Shown piece by piece: positions 44,678 through 64,000 of a stretch of 64,000 nucleotides of DNA; the first letter of the stretch is position 1; every line of letters begins with the position of its first letter. The DNA is taken from the NCBI RefSeq assembly GCF_009914755.1, contig NC_060948.1; one strand, written 5' to 3'. The DNA comes from the human T2T-CHM13v2.0 reference genome, Homo sapiens. The translations under genes were made by a program, and so were the position numbers. The notes below the pieces were generated by a model. That model did not search any database. It was not told the DNA's origin and was given only the letters and a program-made list of their open reading frames with translations.

Positions 44678-46781
44678 AGATCCATATTTTTTAAATGAAA
44701 AAAAATTTCAAAGGTACTCTGCTTGGTACAATAATCAAATGTATAAACTGAGGAATAAAACATAACCATGAAACCTACTTATAACTGCATATGGAAAATA
44801 CAGAGGATAATTTTTTAAATAACATATTTTGAAAGCCTTAACTAGTAATTTGAAGAGTTGGCATTTGAAAGGCCAGTATGAATATACCTTCAAAGCAGCA
44901 ACACAGGTTCCCCATGAGAAAAAGCAAACACAGGGAAAATAAAAACACAAAGGTTCAATCTCTTCTGACCTTTGAAAGACACAGCACAGACAGTGGTCCT
45001 TAGGACGAAGAGCAGGAGACCCCTAATTCCGTCACCATGGCGATAGGGCATAAACATTGCTGGGTGAGGGCACAATCCACATTGTGAGGTCCAACTGCTG
45101 CCAGGAAGACAGGAGTGCTTTTACATAGACCGAAAGGTCATTGAAGGCTCAGAGTTTTGTTTCAAGAACTGAATCCCAAGCCCACACGTTATTAGGCTGC
45201 GCTTCTTAAAACAAGTTATGAGATGGGAAAAAGGGCACCCACAAACATACGTATACATTATGTATATAATAATATACAGTATCATATATATAATATATAT
45301 AACCTATGTATAATATTGTTTTACATCCTGCATCTTATGTTATATATATTGTATAAAATATAATAATTGATAATATATAAGTTTTATATTTATACAATAT
45401 GACATATAATATATATTATAATTTATGACATATATAATATATGTTATATATCATATATAGAATATATTATACGGTTAATATACGTATTAAATATAAATTA
45501 TACATTATGTATATTATATATAATATATCTGTTATATATAATAACCATTATGCATAATATATATATTATGTCTATGTTATATATAGTATAAAACAACATA
45601 TAATAATATATAATTGTCTATGTAAAATGCGACATATAATATATATTATATTTTATAACATATGTAATATATATTATACATTATATATAATACGTTGTAT
45701 GAATAATACCTATATTAAATATATATTATATGACTATGTTATTAATTACATGTCACATGTGTTATATATTATATATTTTACATAGAATATACTGGTTACA
45801 TACAATATATACTATGTTACCTATAATGTATAATTGATTACATGTAAAATAAAGAATGCAATATATTATGTAAAATTTATAATATACCATATGTGGAATG
45901 TCATATATATAACATATAATATATGATATATGATATACAGTATATGATATATAACATACAATATATGATTCCTAATATATATGGTATACAATATATATTT
46001 TATGATATGTATTCTATATGTTTTATATTCTGTTATATATAACTATTTGAAATTATATATAACTGTATAATATTTTATGTAAATATGTAATATAATATAT
46101 ATAATATATAATATATTATATATAACTATATATTATGTTATATATACTTTTATAACATAATTTACATAAAATATCATAATATAATATATATTATATTATT
46201 TCATATTACATAATATATATTACATATCACCCAATATAACTAACATACATAATATTATAATATAGATTATATTATGTTATATTAAATATCATATATATCA
46301 TGTATCATATATTCTATAATATATATTACACATTATATAATATGTATGTTGTCTATTATGTGATATATATAACTATATATATAATTATATTTTTATACAT
46401 ATAACTAGATAAACATGTAATTCTACATATTTTCATTTATAATATGTAGAATTATATAATCATATATAATTATTTATATTCTATAAAAAATTTTATCATT
46501 ATATAAATTATAATATATAAAAATTATAATATGTACTACAAATATATATATTATATATCATATATGATATAGTACCTTTGTTATATATCATAATACATAT
46601 AAATGTGTATTATGTTATCTATAATTATATAATTTCATATATAAGATGTATAATATGTATCATATATTACATATGTTATGTAATATATATAGTATATATA
46701 AGATGACACAGGATAAATATTATATACTATGACATATAAAATATATGAGGTTATATGTTACATATAAGGCATAGCACATAA

Positions 46782-47096
<315 letters not shown>

Positions 47097-49200
47097 AGAT
47101 CCATATTTTTTAAATGAAAAAAAATTTCAAAGGTACTCTGCTTGGTACAATAATCAAATGTATAAACTGAGGAATAAAACATAACCATGAAACCTACTTA
47201 TAACTGCATATGGAAAATACAGAGGATAATTTTTTAAATAACATATTTTGAAAGCCTTAACTAGTAATTTGAAGAGTTGGCATTTGAAAGGCCAGTATGA
47301 ATATACCTTCAAAGCAGCAACACAGGTTCCCCATGAGAAAAAGCAAACACAGGGAAAATAAAAACACAAAGGTTCAATCTCTTCTGACCTTTGAAAGACA
47401 CAGCACAGACAGTGGTCCTTAGGACGAAGAGCAGGAGACCCCTAATTCCGTCACCATGGCGATAGGGCATAAACATTGCTGGGTGAGGGCACAATCCACA
47501 TTGTGAGGTCCAACTGCTGCCAGGAAGACAGGAGTGCTTTTACATAGACCGAAAGGTCATTGAAGGCTCAGAGTTTTGTTTCAAGAACTGAATCCCAAGC
47601 CCACACGTTATTAGGCTGCGCTTCTTAAAACAAGTTATGAGATGGGAAAAAGGGCACCCACAAACATACGTATACATTATGTATATAATAATATACAGTA
47701 TCATATATATAATATATATAACCTATGTATAATATTGTTTTACATCCTGCATCTTATGTTATATATATTGTATAAAATATAATAATTGATAATATATAAG
47801 TTTTATAATTATACAATATGACATATAGTATATATTATAATTTATGACATATATAATATATGTTATATGTCATATATAGAATATATTATACGGTTAACAT
47901 ACGTATTAAATATAAATTATACATTATATATATTATATATAATATATCTGTTATATGTAATACCCATTATGCATAATATATATATTATGTCTATGTTATA
48001 TATAGTATAAAACAACATATAATAATATATAATTGTATATATAAAATGCGATATATAATATATATTATATTTTATAACATATGTAATATATATTATATAT
48101 TATATATAATACGTTGTATGTATAATACCTATATTAAATATATATTATATGACTATGTTATTAATTACATGTCACATGTGTTATATATTATATATTTTAC
48201 ATAGAATATACTGGTTACATACAATATATACTATGTTACCTATAATGTATAATTGATTACATGTAAAATAAAGAATGCAATATATTATGTAAAATTTATA
48301 ATATACCATATGTGGAATGTCATATATATAACATATAATATATGATATATGATATACAGTATATGATATATAACATACAATATATGATTCCTAATATATA
48401 TGGTATACAATATATATTTTATGATATGTATTCTATATGTTTTATATTCTGTTATATATAACTATTTGAAATTATATATAACTGTATAATATTTTATGTA
48501 AATATGTAATATAATATATATAATATATAATATATTATATATAACTATATATTATGTTATATATACTTTTATAACATAATTTACATAAAATATCATAATA
48601 TAATATATATTATATTATTTCATATTACATAATATATATTACATATCACCCAATATAACTAACATACATAATATTATAATATAGATTATATTATGTTATA
48701 TTAAATATCATATATATCATGTATCATATATTCTATAATATATATTACACATTATATAATATGTATGTTGTCTATTATGTGATATATATAACTATATATA
48801 TAATTATATTTTTATACATATAACTAGATAAACATGTAATTCTACATATTTTCATTTATAATATGTAGAATTATATAATCATATATAATTATTTATATTC
48901 TATAAAAAATTTTATCATTATATAAATTATAATATATAAAAATTATAATATGTACTACAAATATATATATTATATATCATATATGATATAGTACCTTTGT
49001 TATATATCATAATACATATAAATGTGTATTATGTTATCTATAATTATATAATTTCATATATAAGATGTATAATATGTATCATATATTACATATGTTATGT
49101 AATATATATAGTATATATAAGATGACACAGGATAAATATTATATACTATGACATATAAAATATATGAGGTTATATGTTACATATAAGGCATAGCACATAA

Positions 49201-49515
<315 letters not shown>

Positions 49516-51619
49516 AGATCCATATTTTTTAAATGAAAAGAAATTTCAAAGGTACTCTGCTTGGTACAATAATCAAATGTATAAACTGAGGAATAAAACA
49601 TAACCATGAAACCTACTTATAACTGCATATGGAAAATACAGAGGATAATTTTTTAAATAACATATTTTGAAAGCCTTAACTAGTAATTTGAAGAGTTGGC
49701 ATTTGAAAGGCCAGTATGAATATACCTTCAAAGCAGCAACACAGGTTCCCCATGAGAAAAAGCAAACACAGGGAAAATAAAAACACAAAGGTTCAATCTC
49801 TTCTGACCTTTGAAAGACACAGCACAGACAGTGGTCCTTAGGACGAAGAGCAGGAGACCCCTAATTCCGTCACCATGGCGATAGGGCATAAACATTGCTG
49901 GGTGAGGGCACAATCCACATTGTGAGGTCCAACTGCTGCCAGGAAGACAGGAGTGCTTTTACATAGACCGAAAGGTCATTGAAGGCTCAGAGTTTTGTTT
50001 CAAGAACTGAATCCCAAGCCCACACGTTATTAGGCTGCGCTTCTTAAAACAAGTTATGAGATGGGAAAAAGGGCACCCACAAACATACGTATACATTATG
50101 TATATAATAATATACAGTATCATATATATAATATATATAACCTATGTATAATATTGTTTTACATCCTGCATCTTATGTTATATATATTGTATAAAATATA
50201 ATAATTGATAATATATAAGTTTTATATTTATACAATATGACATATAATATATATTATAATTTATGACATATATAATATATGTTATATATCATATATAGAA
50301 TATATTATACGGTTAATATACGTATTAAATATAAATTATACATTATGTATATTATATATAATATATCTGTTATATATAATAACCATTATGCATAATATAT
50401 ATATTATGTCTATGTTATATATAGTATAAAACAACATATAATAATATATAATTGTCTATGTAAAATGCGACATATAATATATATTATATTTTATAACATA
50501 TGTAATATATATTATACATTATATATAATACGTTGTATGAATAATACCTATATTAAATATATATTATATGACTATGTTATTAATTACATGTCACATGTGT
50601 TATATATTATATATTTTACATAGAATATACTGGTTACATACAATATATACTATGTTACCTATAATGTATAATTGATTACATGTAAAATAAAGAATGCAAT
50701 ATATTATGTAAAATTTATAATATACCATATGTGGAATGTCATATATATAACATATAATATATGATATATGATATACAGTATATGATATATAACATACAAT
50801 ATATGATTCCTAATATATATGGTATACAATATATATTTTATGATATGTATTCTATATGTTTTATATTCTGTTATATATAACTATTTGAAATTATATATAA
50901 CTGTATAATATTTTATGTAAATATGTAATATAATATATATAATATATAATATATTATATATAACTATATATTATGTTATATATACTTTTATAACATAATT
51001 TACATAAAATATCATAATATAATATATATTATATTATTTCATATTACATAATATATATTACATATCACCCAATATAACTAACATACATAATATTATAATA
51101 TAGATTATATTATGTTATATTAAATATCATATATATCATGTATCATATATTCTATAATATATATTACACATTATATAATATGTATGTTGTCTATTATGTG
51201 ATATATATAACTATATATATAATTATATTTTTATACATATAACTAGATAAACATGTAATTCTACATATTTTCATTTATAATATGTAGAATTATATAATCA
51301 TATATAATTATTTATATTCTATAAAAAATTTTATCATTATATAAATTATAATATATAAAAATTATAATATGTACTACAAATATATATATTATATATCATA
51401 TATGATATAGTACCTTTGTTATATATCATAATACATATAAATGTGTATTATGTTATCTATAATTATATAATTTCATATATAAGATGTATAATATGTATCA
51501 TATATTACATATGTTATGTAATATATATAGTATATATAAGATGACACAGGATAAATATTATATACTATGACATATAAAATATATGAGGTTATATGTTACA
51601 TATAAGGCATAGCACATAA

Positions 51620-51934
<315 letters not shown>

Positions 51935-54038
51935 AGATCCATATTTTTTAAATGAAAAAAAATTTCAAAGGTACTCTGCTTGGTACAATAATCAAATGTA
52001 TAAACTGAGGAATAAAACATAACCATGAAACCTACTTATAACTGCATATGGAAAATACAGAGGATAATTTTTTAAATAACATATTTTGAAAGCCTTAACT
52101 AGTAATTTGAAGAGTTGGCATTTGAAAGGCCAGTATGAATATACCTTCAAAGCAGCAACACAGGTTCCCCATGAGAAAAAGCAAACACAGGGAAAATAAA
52201 AACACAAAGGTTCAATCTCTTCTGACCTTTGAAAGACACAGCACAGACAGTGGTCCTTAGGACGAAGAGCAGGAGACCCCTAATTCCGTCACCATGGCGA
52301 TAGGGCATAAACATTGCTGGGTGAGGGCACAATCCACATTGTGAGGTCCAACTGCTGCCAGGAAGACAGGAGTGCTTTTACATAGACCGAAAGGTCATTG
52401 AAGGCTCAGAGTTTTGTTTCAAGAACTGAATCCCAAGCCCACACGTTATTAGGCTGCGCTTCTTAAAACAAGTTATGAGATGGGAAAAAGGGCACCCACA
52501 AACATACGTATACATTATGTATATAATAATATACAGTATCATATATATAATATATATAACCTATGTATAATATTGTTTTACATCCTGCATCTTATGTTAT
52601 ATATATTGTATAAAATATAATAATTGATAATATATAAGTTTTATATTTATACAATATGACATATAATATATATTATAATTTATGACATATATAATATATG
52701 TTATATATCATATATAGAATATATTATACGGTTAATATACGTATTAAATATAAATTATACATTATGTATATTATATATAATATATCTGTTATATATAATA
52801 ACCATTATGCATAATATATATATTATGTCTATGTTATATATAGTATAAAACAACATATAATAATATATAATTGTCTATGTAAAATGCGACATATAATATA
52901 TATTATATTTTATAACATATGTAATATATATTATACATTATATATAATACGTTGTATGAATAATACCTATATTAAATATATATTATATGACTATGTTATT
53001 AATTACATGTCACATGTGTTATATATTATATATTTTACATAGAATATACCGGTTGCATACAATATATACTATGTTACCTATAATGTATAATTTATTACAT
53101 GTAAAATAAAGAATGCAATATATTATGTATAATTTATAATATACAATATGTGGAATGTGATATATATAACATATAATATATGATATATGATATACAGTAT
53201 ATGATATATAACATACAATATATGATTCCTAATATATATGGTATACAATATATATTTTATGATATGTATTCTATACGTTTTATATTCTGTTATATATAAC
53301 TATTTGAAATTATATATAACTGTATAATATTTTATGTAAATATGTAATATAATATATATAACTATATAATATATTATATATAACTATATATTATGTTATA
53401 TATACTTTTATAACATAATTTACATAAAATATCATAATATAATATATATTATATTATTTCATATTACATAATATATATTACATATCACCAATATAACTAA
53501 CATACATAATATTATAATATAGATTATATTGTGTTATATTAAATATCATATATATCATGTATCATATATTCTATAATATATAATACACATTATATAATAT
53601 GTATGTTGTCTATTATGTGATATATATAACTATATATATAATTATATTTTTATACATATAACTAGATAAACATGTAATTCTACATATTTTCATTTATAAT
53701 ATGTAGAATTATATAATCATATATAATTATTTATATTCTATAAAAAATTTTATCATTATATAAATTATAATATATAAAAATTATAATATGTACTACAAAT
53801 ATATATATTATATATCATATATGCTATAGTTCCTTTGTTATATATCATAATACATATAAATGTGTATTATGTTATCTATAATTATATAATTTCATATATA
53901 AGTTGTATAATATGTATCATATATTATATATGTTATGTAATATATATAGTATATATAAGATGACACAGGATAAATATTATATACTATGACATATAAAATA
54001 TATGAGGTTATATGTTACATATAAGGCATAGCACATAA

Positions 54039-54353
<315 letters not shown>

Positions 54354-56457
54354 AGATCCATATTTTTTAAATGAAAAAAAATTTCAAAGGTACTCTGCTT
54401 GGTACAATAATCAAATGTATAAACTGAGGAATAAAACATAACCATGAAACCTACTTATAACTGCATATGGAAAATACAGAGGATAATTTTTTAAATAACA
54501 TATTTTGAAAGCCTTAACTAGTAATTTGAAGAGTTGGCATTTGAAAGGCCAATATGAATATACCTTCAAAGCAGCAACACAGGTTCCCCATGAGAAAAAG
54601 CAAACACAGGGAAAATAAAAACACAAAGGTTCAATCTCTTCTGACCTTTGAAAGACACAGCACAGACAGTGGTCCTTAGGACGAAGAGCAGGAGACCCCT
54701 AATTCCGTCACCATGGCGATAGGGCATAAACATTGCTGGGTGAGGGCACAATCCACATTGTGAGGTCCAACTGCTGCCAGGAAGACAGGAGTGCTTTTAC
54801 ATAGACCGAAAGGTCATTGAAGGCTCAGAGTTTTGTTTCAAGAACTGAATCCCAAGCCCACACGTTATTAGGCTGCGCTTCTTAAAACAAGTTATGAGAT
54901 GGGAAAAAGGGCACCCACAAACTTACGTATACATTATGTATATAATAATATACAGTATCATATATATAATATATATAACCTATGTATAATATTGTTTTAC
55001 ATCCTGCATCTTATGTTATATATATTGTATAAAATATAATAATTGATAATATATAAGTTTTATAATTATACAATATGACATATAGTATATATTATAATTT
55101 ATGACATATATAATATATGTTATATGTCATATATAGAATATATTATACGGTTAACATACGTATTAAATATAAATTATACATTATATATATTATATATAAT
55201 ATATCTTTTATATGTAATACCCATTATGCATAATATATATATTATGTCTATGTTATATATAGTATAAAACAACATATAATAATATATAATTGTATATATA
55301 AAATGCGATATATAATATATATTATATTTTATAACATATGTAATATATATTATATATTATATATAATACGTTGTATGTATAATACCTATATTAAATATAT
55401 ATTATATGACTATGTTATTAATTACATGTCACATGTGTTATATATTATATATTTTACATAGAATATACTGGTTACATACAATATATACTATGTTACCTAT
55501 AATGTATAATTTATTACATGTAAAATAAAGAATGCAATATATTATGTAAAATTTATAATATACCATATGTGGAATGTCATATATATAACATATAATATAT
55601 GATATATGATATACAGTATATGATATATAACATACAATATATGATTCCTAATATATATGGTATACAATATATATTTTATGATATGTATTCTATATGTTTT
55701 ATATTCTGTTATATATAACTATTTGAAATTATATATAACTGTATAATATTTTATGTAAATATGTAATATAATATATATAATATATAATATATTATATATA
55801 ACTATATATTATGTTATATATACTTTTATAACATAATTTACATAAAATATCATAATATAATATATATTATATTATTTCATATTACATAATATATATTACA
55901 TATCACCCAATATAACTAACATACCTAATATTATAATATAGATTATATTATGTTATATTAAATATCATATATATCATGTATCATATATTCTATAATATAT
56001 ATTACACATTATATAATATGTATGTTGTCTATTATGTGATATATATAACTATATATATAATTATATTTTTATACATATAACTAGATAAACATGTAATTCT
56101 ACATATTTTCATTTATAATATGTAGAATTATATAATCATATATAATTATTTATATTCTATAAAAAATTTTATCATTATATAAATTATAATATATAAAAAT
56201 TATAATATGTACTACAAATATATATATTATATATCATATATGATATACTACCTTTGTTATATATCATAATACATATAAATGTGTATTATATTATCTATAA
56301 TTATATAATTTCATATATAAGATGTATAATATGTATCATATATTATATATGTTATGTAATATATATAGTATATATAAGATGACACAGGATAAATATTATA
56401 TACTATGACATATAAAATATATGAGGTTATATGTTACATATAAGGCATAGCACATAA

Positions 56458-56772
<315 letters not shown>

Positions 56773-58877
56773 AGATCCATATTTTTTAAATGAAAAAAAA
56801 TTTCAAAGGTACTCTGCTTGGTACAATAATCAAATGTATAAACTGAGGAATAAAACATAACCATGAAACCTACTTATAACTGCATATGGAAAATACAGAG
56901 GATAATTTTTTAAATAACATATTTTGAAAGCCTTAACTAGTAATTTGAAGAGTTGGCATTTGAAAGGCCAGTATGAATATACCTTCAAAGCAGCAACACA
57001 GGTTCCCCATGAGAAAAAGCAAACACAGGGAAAATAAAAACACAAAGGTTCAATCTCTTCTGACCTTTGAAAGACACAGCACAGACAGTGGTCCTTAGGA
57101 CGAAGAGCAGGAGACCCCTAATTCCGTCACCATGGCGATAGGGCATAAACATTGCTGGGTGAGGGCACAATCCACATTGTGAGGTCCAACTGCTGCCAGG
57201 AAGACAGGAGTGCTTTTACATAGACCGAAAGGTCATTGAAGGCTCAGAGTTTTGTTTCAAGAACTGAATCCCAAGCCCACACGTTATTAGGCTGCGCTTC
57301 TTAAAACAAGTTATGAGATGGGAAAAAGGGCACCCACAAACATACGTATACATTATGTATATAATAATATACAGTATCATATATATAATATATATAACCT
57401 ATGTATAATATTGTTTTACATCCTGCATCTTATGTTATATATATTGTATAAAATATAATAATTGATAATATATAAGTTTTATAATTATACAATATGACAT
57501 ATAGTATATATTATAATTTATGGCATATATAATATATGTTATATATCATATATAGAATATATTATACGGTTAATATACGTATTAAATATAAATTATACAT
57601 TATATATATTATATATAATATATCTCTTATATATAATACCCATTATGCATAATATATATATTATGTCTATGTTATATATAGTATAAAACAACATATAATA
57701 ATATATAATTGTATATATACAATGCGACATATAATATATATTATATTTTATAACATATGTAATATATATTATATATTATATATAATACGTTGTATGTATA
57801 ATACCTATATTAAATATATATTATATGACTATGTTATTAATTACATGTCACATGTGTTATATATTATATATTTTACATAGAATATACCGGTTACATACAA
57901 TATATACTATGTTACCTATAATGTATAATTTATTACATGTAAAATAAAGAATGCAATATATTATGTATAATTTATAATATACAATATGTGGAATGTGATA
58001 TATATAACATATAATATATGATATATGATATACAGTATATGATATATAACATACAATATATGATTCCTAATATATATGGTATACAATATATATTTTATGA
58101 TATGTATTCTATATGTTTTATATTCTGTTATATATAACTATTTGAAATTATATATAACTGTATAATATTTTATGTAAATATGTAATATAATATATATAAC
58201 TATATAATATGTTATATATAACTATATATTATGTTATATATACTTTTATAACATAATTTACATAAAATATCATAATATAATATATATTATATTATTTAAT
58301 ATTACATTATATACATTACATATCACCCAATATAACTAACATACATAATATTATAATATAGATTATATTGTGTTATATTAAATATCATATATATCATGTA
58401 TCATATATTCTATAATATATATTACACATTATATAATATGTATGTAGTCTATTATGTGATATATATAACTATATATATAATTATATTTTTATACATATAA
58501 CTAGATAAACATGTAATTCTACATCTTTTCATTTATAATATGTAGAATTATATAATCATATATAATTATTTATATTCTATAAAAAATTTTATCATTATAT
58601 AAATTATAATATATAAAAATTATAATATGTACTACACATATATATATTATATATCATATATGATATAGTACCATTGTTATATATCATAATACATATAAAT
58701 GTGTATTATGTTATCTATAATTATATAATTTCATATATAAGATGTATAATATGTATCATATATTATATATGTTATGTAATATATATAGTATATGTAAGAT
58801 GACACAGGATAAATATTATATACTATGACATATAAAATATATGAGGTTATATGTTACATATAAGGCATAGCACATAA

Positions 58878-59192
<315 letters not shown>

Positions 59193-61296
59193 AGATCCAT
59201 ATTTTTTAAATGAAAAAAAATTTCAAAGGTACTCTGCTTGGTACAATAATCAAATGTATAAACTGAGGAATAAAACATAACCATGAAACCTACTTATAAC
59301 TGCATATGGAAAATACAGAGGATAATTTTTTAAATAACATATTTTGAAAGCCTTAACTAGTAATTTGAAGAGTTGGCATTTGAAAGGCCAGTATGAATAT
59401 ACCTTCAAAGCAGCAACACAGGTTCCCCATGAGAAAAAGCAAACACAGGGAAAATAAAAACACAAAGGTTCAATCTCTTCTGACCTTTGAAAGACACAGC
59501 ACAGACAGTGGTCCTTAGGACGAAGAGCAGGAGACCCCTAATTCCGTCACCATGGCGATAGGGCATAAACATTGCTGGGTGAGGGCACAATCCACATTGT
59601 GAGGTCCAACTGCTGCCAGGAAGACAGGAGTGCTTTTACATAGACCGAAAGGTCATTGAAGGCTCAGAGTTTTGTTTCAAGAACTGAATCCCAAGCCCAC
59701 ACGTGATTAGGCTGCGCTTCTTAAAACAAGTTATGAGATGGGAAAAAGGGCACCCACAAACATACGTATACATTATGTATATAATAATATACAGTATCAT
59801 ATATATAATATATATAACCTATGTATAATATTGTTTTACATCCTGCATCTTATGTTATATATATTGTATAAAATATAATAATTGATAATATATAAGATTT
59901 ATAATTATACAATATGACATATAGTATATATTATAATTTATGGCATATATAATATATGTTATATATCATATATAGAATATATTATACGGTTAATATACGT
60001 ATTAAATATAAATTATACATTATATATATTATATATAATATATCTGTTATATATAATACCCATTATGCATAATATATATATTATGTCTATGTTATATATA
60101 GTATAAAACAACATATAATAATATATAATTGTATATATAAAATGCGACATATAATATATATTATATTTTATAACATATGTAATATATATTATATATTATA
60201 TATAATACGTTGTATGTATAATACCTATATTAAATATATATTATATGACTATGTTATTAATTACATGTCACATGTGTTATATATTATATATTTTACGTAG
60301 AATATACCGGTTACATACAATATATACTATGTTACCTATAATGTATAATTTATTACATGTAAAATAAAGAATGCAATATATTATGTATAATTTATAATAT
60401 ACAATATGTGGAATGTGATATATATAACATATAATATATGATATATGATATACAGTATATGATATATAACATACAATATATGATTCCTAATATATATGGT
60501 ATACAATATATATTTTATGATATGTATTCTATATGTTTTATATTCTGTTATATATAACTATTTGAAATTATATATAACTGTATAATATTTTATGTAAATA
60601 TGTAATATAATATATATAATATATAATATGTTATATATAACTATATATTATGTTATATATACTTTTATAACATAATTTACATAAAATATCATAATATAAT
60701 ATATATTATATTATTTCATATTACATAATATATATTACATATCACCCAATATAACTAACATACATAATATTATAATATAGATTATATTGTGTTATATTAA
60801 ATATCATATATATCATGTATCATATATTCTATAATATATATTACACATTATATAATATGTATGTTGTCTATTATGTGATATATATAACTATATATATAAT
60901 TATATTTTTATACATATAACTAGATAAACATGTAATTCTACATATTTTCATTTATAATATGTAGAATTATATAACCATATATAATTATTTATATTCTATA
61001 AAAAATTTTATCATTATATAAATTATAATATATAAAAATTATAATATGTACTACAAATATATATATTATATATCATATATGATATACTACCTTTGTTATA
61101 TATCATAATACATATAAATGTGTATTATGTTATCTATAATTATATAATTTCATATATAAGATGTATAATATGTATCATATATTACATATGTTATGTAATA
61201 TATATAGTATATATAAGATGACACAGGATAAATATTATATACTATGACATATAAAATATATGAGGTTATATGTTACATATAAGGCATAGCACATAA

Positions 61297-61611
<315 letters not shown>

Positions 61612-63715
61612 AGATCCATATTTTTTAAATGAAAAAAAATTTCAAAGGTACTCTGCTTGGTACAATAATCAAATGTATAAACTGAGGAATAAAACATAAC
61701 CATGAAACCTACTTATAACTGCATATGGAAAATACAGAGGATAATTTTTTAAATAACATATTTTGAAAGCCTTAACTAGTAATTTGAAGAGTTGGCATTT
61801 GAAAGGCCAGTATGAATATACCTTCAAAGCAGCAACACAGGTTCCCCATGAGAAAAAGCAAACACAGGGAAAATAAAAACACAAAGGTTCAATCTCTTCT
61901 GACCTTTGAAAGACACAGCACAGACAGTGGTCCTTAGGACGAAGAGCAGGAGACCCCTAATTCTGTCACCATGGCGATAGGGCATAAACATTGCTGGGTG
62001 AGGGCACAATCCACATTGTGAGGTCCAACTGCTGCCAGGAAGACAGGAGTGCTTTTACATAGACCGAAAGGTCATTGAAGGCTCAGAGTTTTGTTTCAAG
62101 AACTGAATCCCAAGCCCACACGTTATTAGGCTGCGCTTCTTAAAACAAGTTATGAGATGGGAAAAAGGGCACCCACAAACATACGTATACATTATGTATA
62201 TAATAATATACAGTATCATATATATAATATATATAACCTATGTATAATATTGTTTTACATCCTGCATCTTATGTTATATATATTGTATAAAATATAATAA
62301 TTGATAATATATAAGTTTTATATTTATACAATATGACATATAATATATATTATAATTTATGACATATATAATATATGTTATATATCATATATAGAATATA
62401 TTATACGGTTAATATACGTATTAAATATAAATTATACATTATGTATATTATATATAATATATCTGTTATATATAATAACCATTATGCATAATATATATAT
62501 TATGTCTATGTTATATATAGTATAAAACAACATATAATAATATATAATTGTCTATGTAAAATGCGACATATAATATATATTATATTTTATAACATATGTA
62601 ATATATATTATACATTATATATAATACGTTGTATGAATAATACCTATATTAAATATATATTATATGACTATGTTATTAATTACATGTCACATGTGTTATA
62701 TATTATATATTTTACATAGAATATACCGGTTGCATACAATATATACTATGTTACCTATAATGTATAATTTATTACATGTAAAATAAAGAATGCAATATAT
62801 TATGTATAATTTATAATATACAATATGTGGAATGTGATATATATAACATATAATATATGATATATGATATACAGTATATGATATATAACATACAATATAT
62901 GATTCCTAATATATATGGTATACAATATATATTTTATGATATGTATTCTATACGTTTTATATTCTGTTATATATAACTATTTGAAATTATATATAACTGT
63001 ATAATATTTTATGTAAATATGTAATATAATATATATAACTATATAATATATTATATATAACTATATATTATGTTATATATACTTTTATAACATAATTTAC
63101 ATAAAATATCATAATATAATATATATTATATTATTTCATATTACATAATATATATTACATATCACCAATATAACTAACATACATAATATTATAATATAGA
63201 TTATATTGTGTTATATTAAATATCATATATATCATGTATCATATATTCTATAATATATAATACACATTATATAATATGTATGTTGTCTATTATGTGATAT
63301 ATATAACTATATATATAATTATATTTTTATACATATAACTAGATAAACATGTAATTCTACATATTTTCATTTATAATATGTAGAATTATATAATCATATA
63401 TAATTATTTATATTCTATAAAAAATTTTATCATTATATAAATTATAATATATAAAAATTATAATATGTACTACAAATATATATATTATATATCATATATG
63501 CTATAGTTCCTTTGTTATATATCATAATACATATAAATGTGTATTATGTTATCTATAATTATATAATTTCATATATAAGTTGTATAATATGTATCATATA
63601 TTATATATGTTATGTAATATATATAGTATATATAAGATGACACAGGATAAATATTATATACTATGACATATAAAATATATGAGGTTATATGTTACATATA
63701 AGGCATAGCACATAA

Positions 63716-64000
<285 letters not shown>

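Overview
The whole 64 kb window is one uninterrupted head-to-tail tandem array of a ~2.42 kb unit (about 26.5 copies; measured periods 2410-2420 bp). Each unit has three parts: a diverged, 5'-clipped Alu on the minus strand (~292 bp), a ~570 bp mixed-composition segment (HSATI-type), and a ~1.56 kb extremely AT-rich degenerate (AT)n region. This architecture, plus a predicted 2146 bp HaeIII fragment, matches the known human satellite DYZ2/HSat1B, most likely from Yq12 heterochromatin. I find no credible protein-coding gene, RNA gene or CRISPR array, and the ORF-track entries are repeat artefacts. I do not find a new biological system. The non-trivial signal is the variant pattern between copies: local 1-, 2- and 3-unit duplications, a mappable chimeric unit, long-range re-use of haplotypes and mosaic units. 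Smaller points are the Alu's subfamily diagnostics, its internal duplication and junction, and a TCF/LEF plus nuclear-receptor motif cluster in each unit. Notation: unit n begins at Alu n, and S_n is the AT-rich spacer that follows unit n. All comparisons were made by eye, not by computed alignment.
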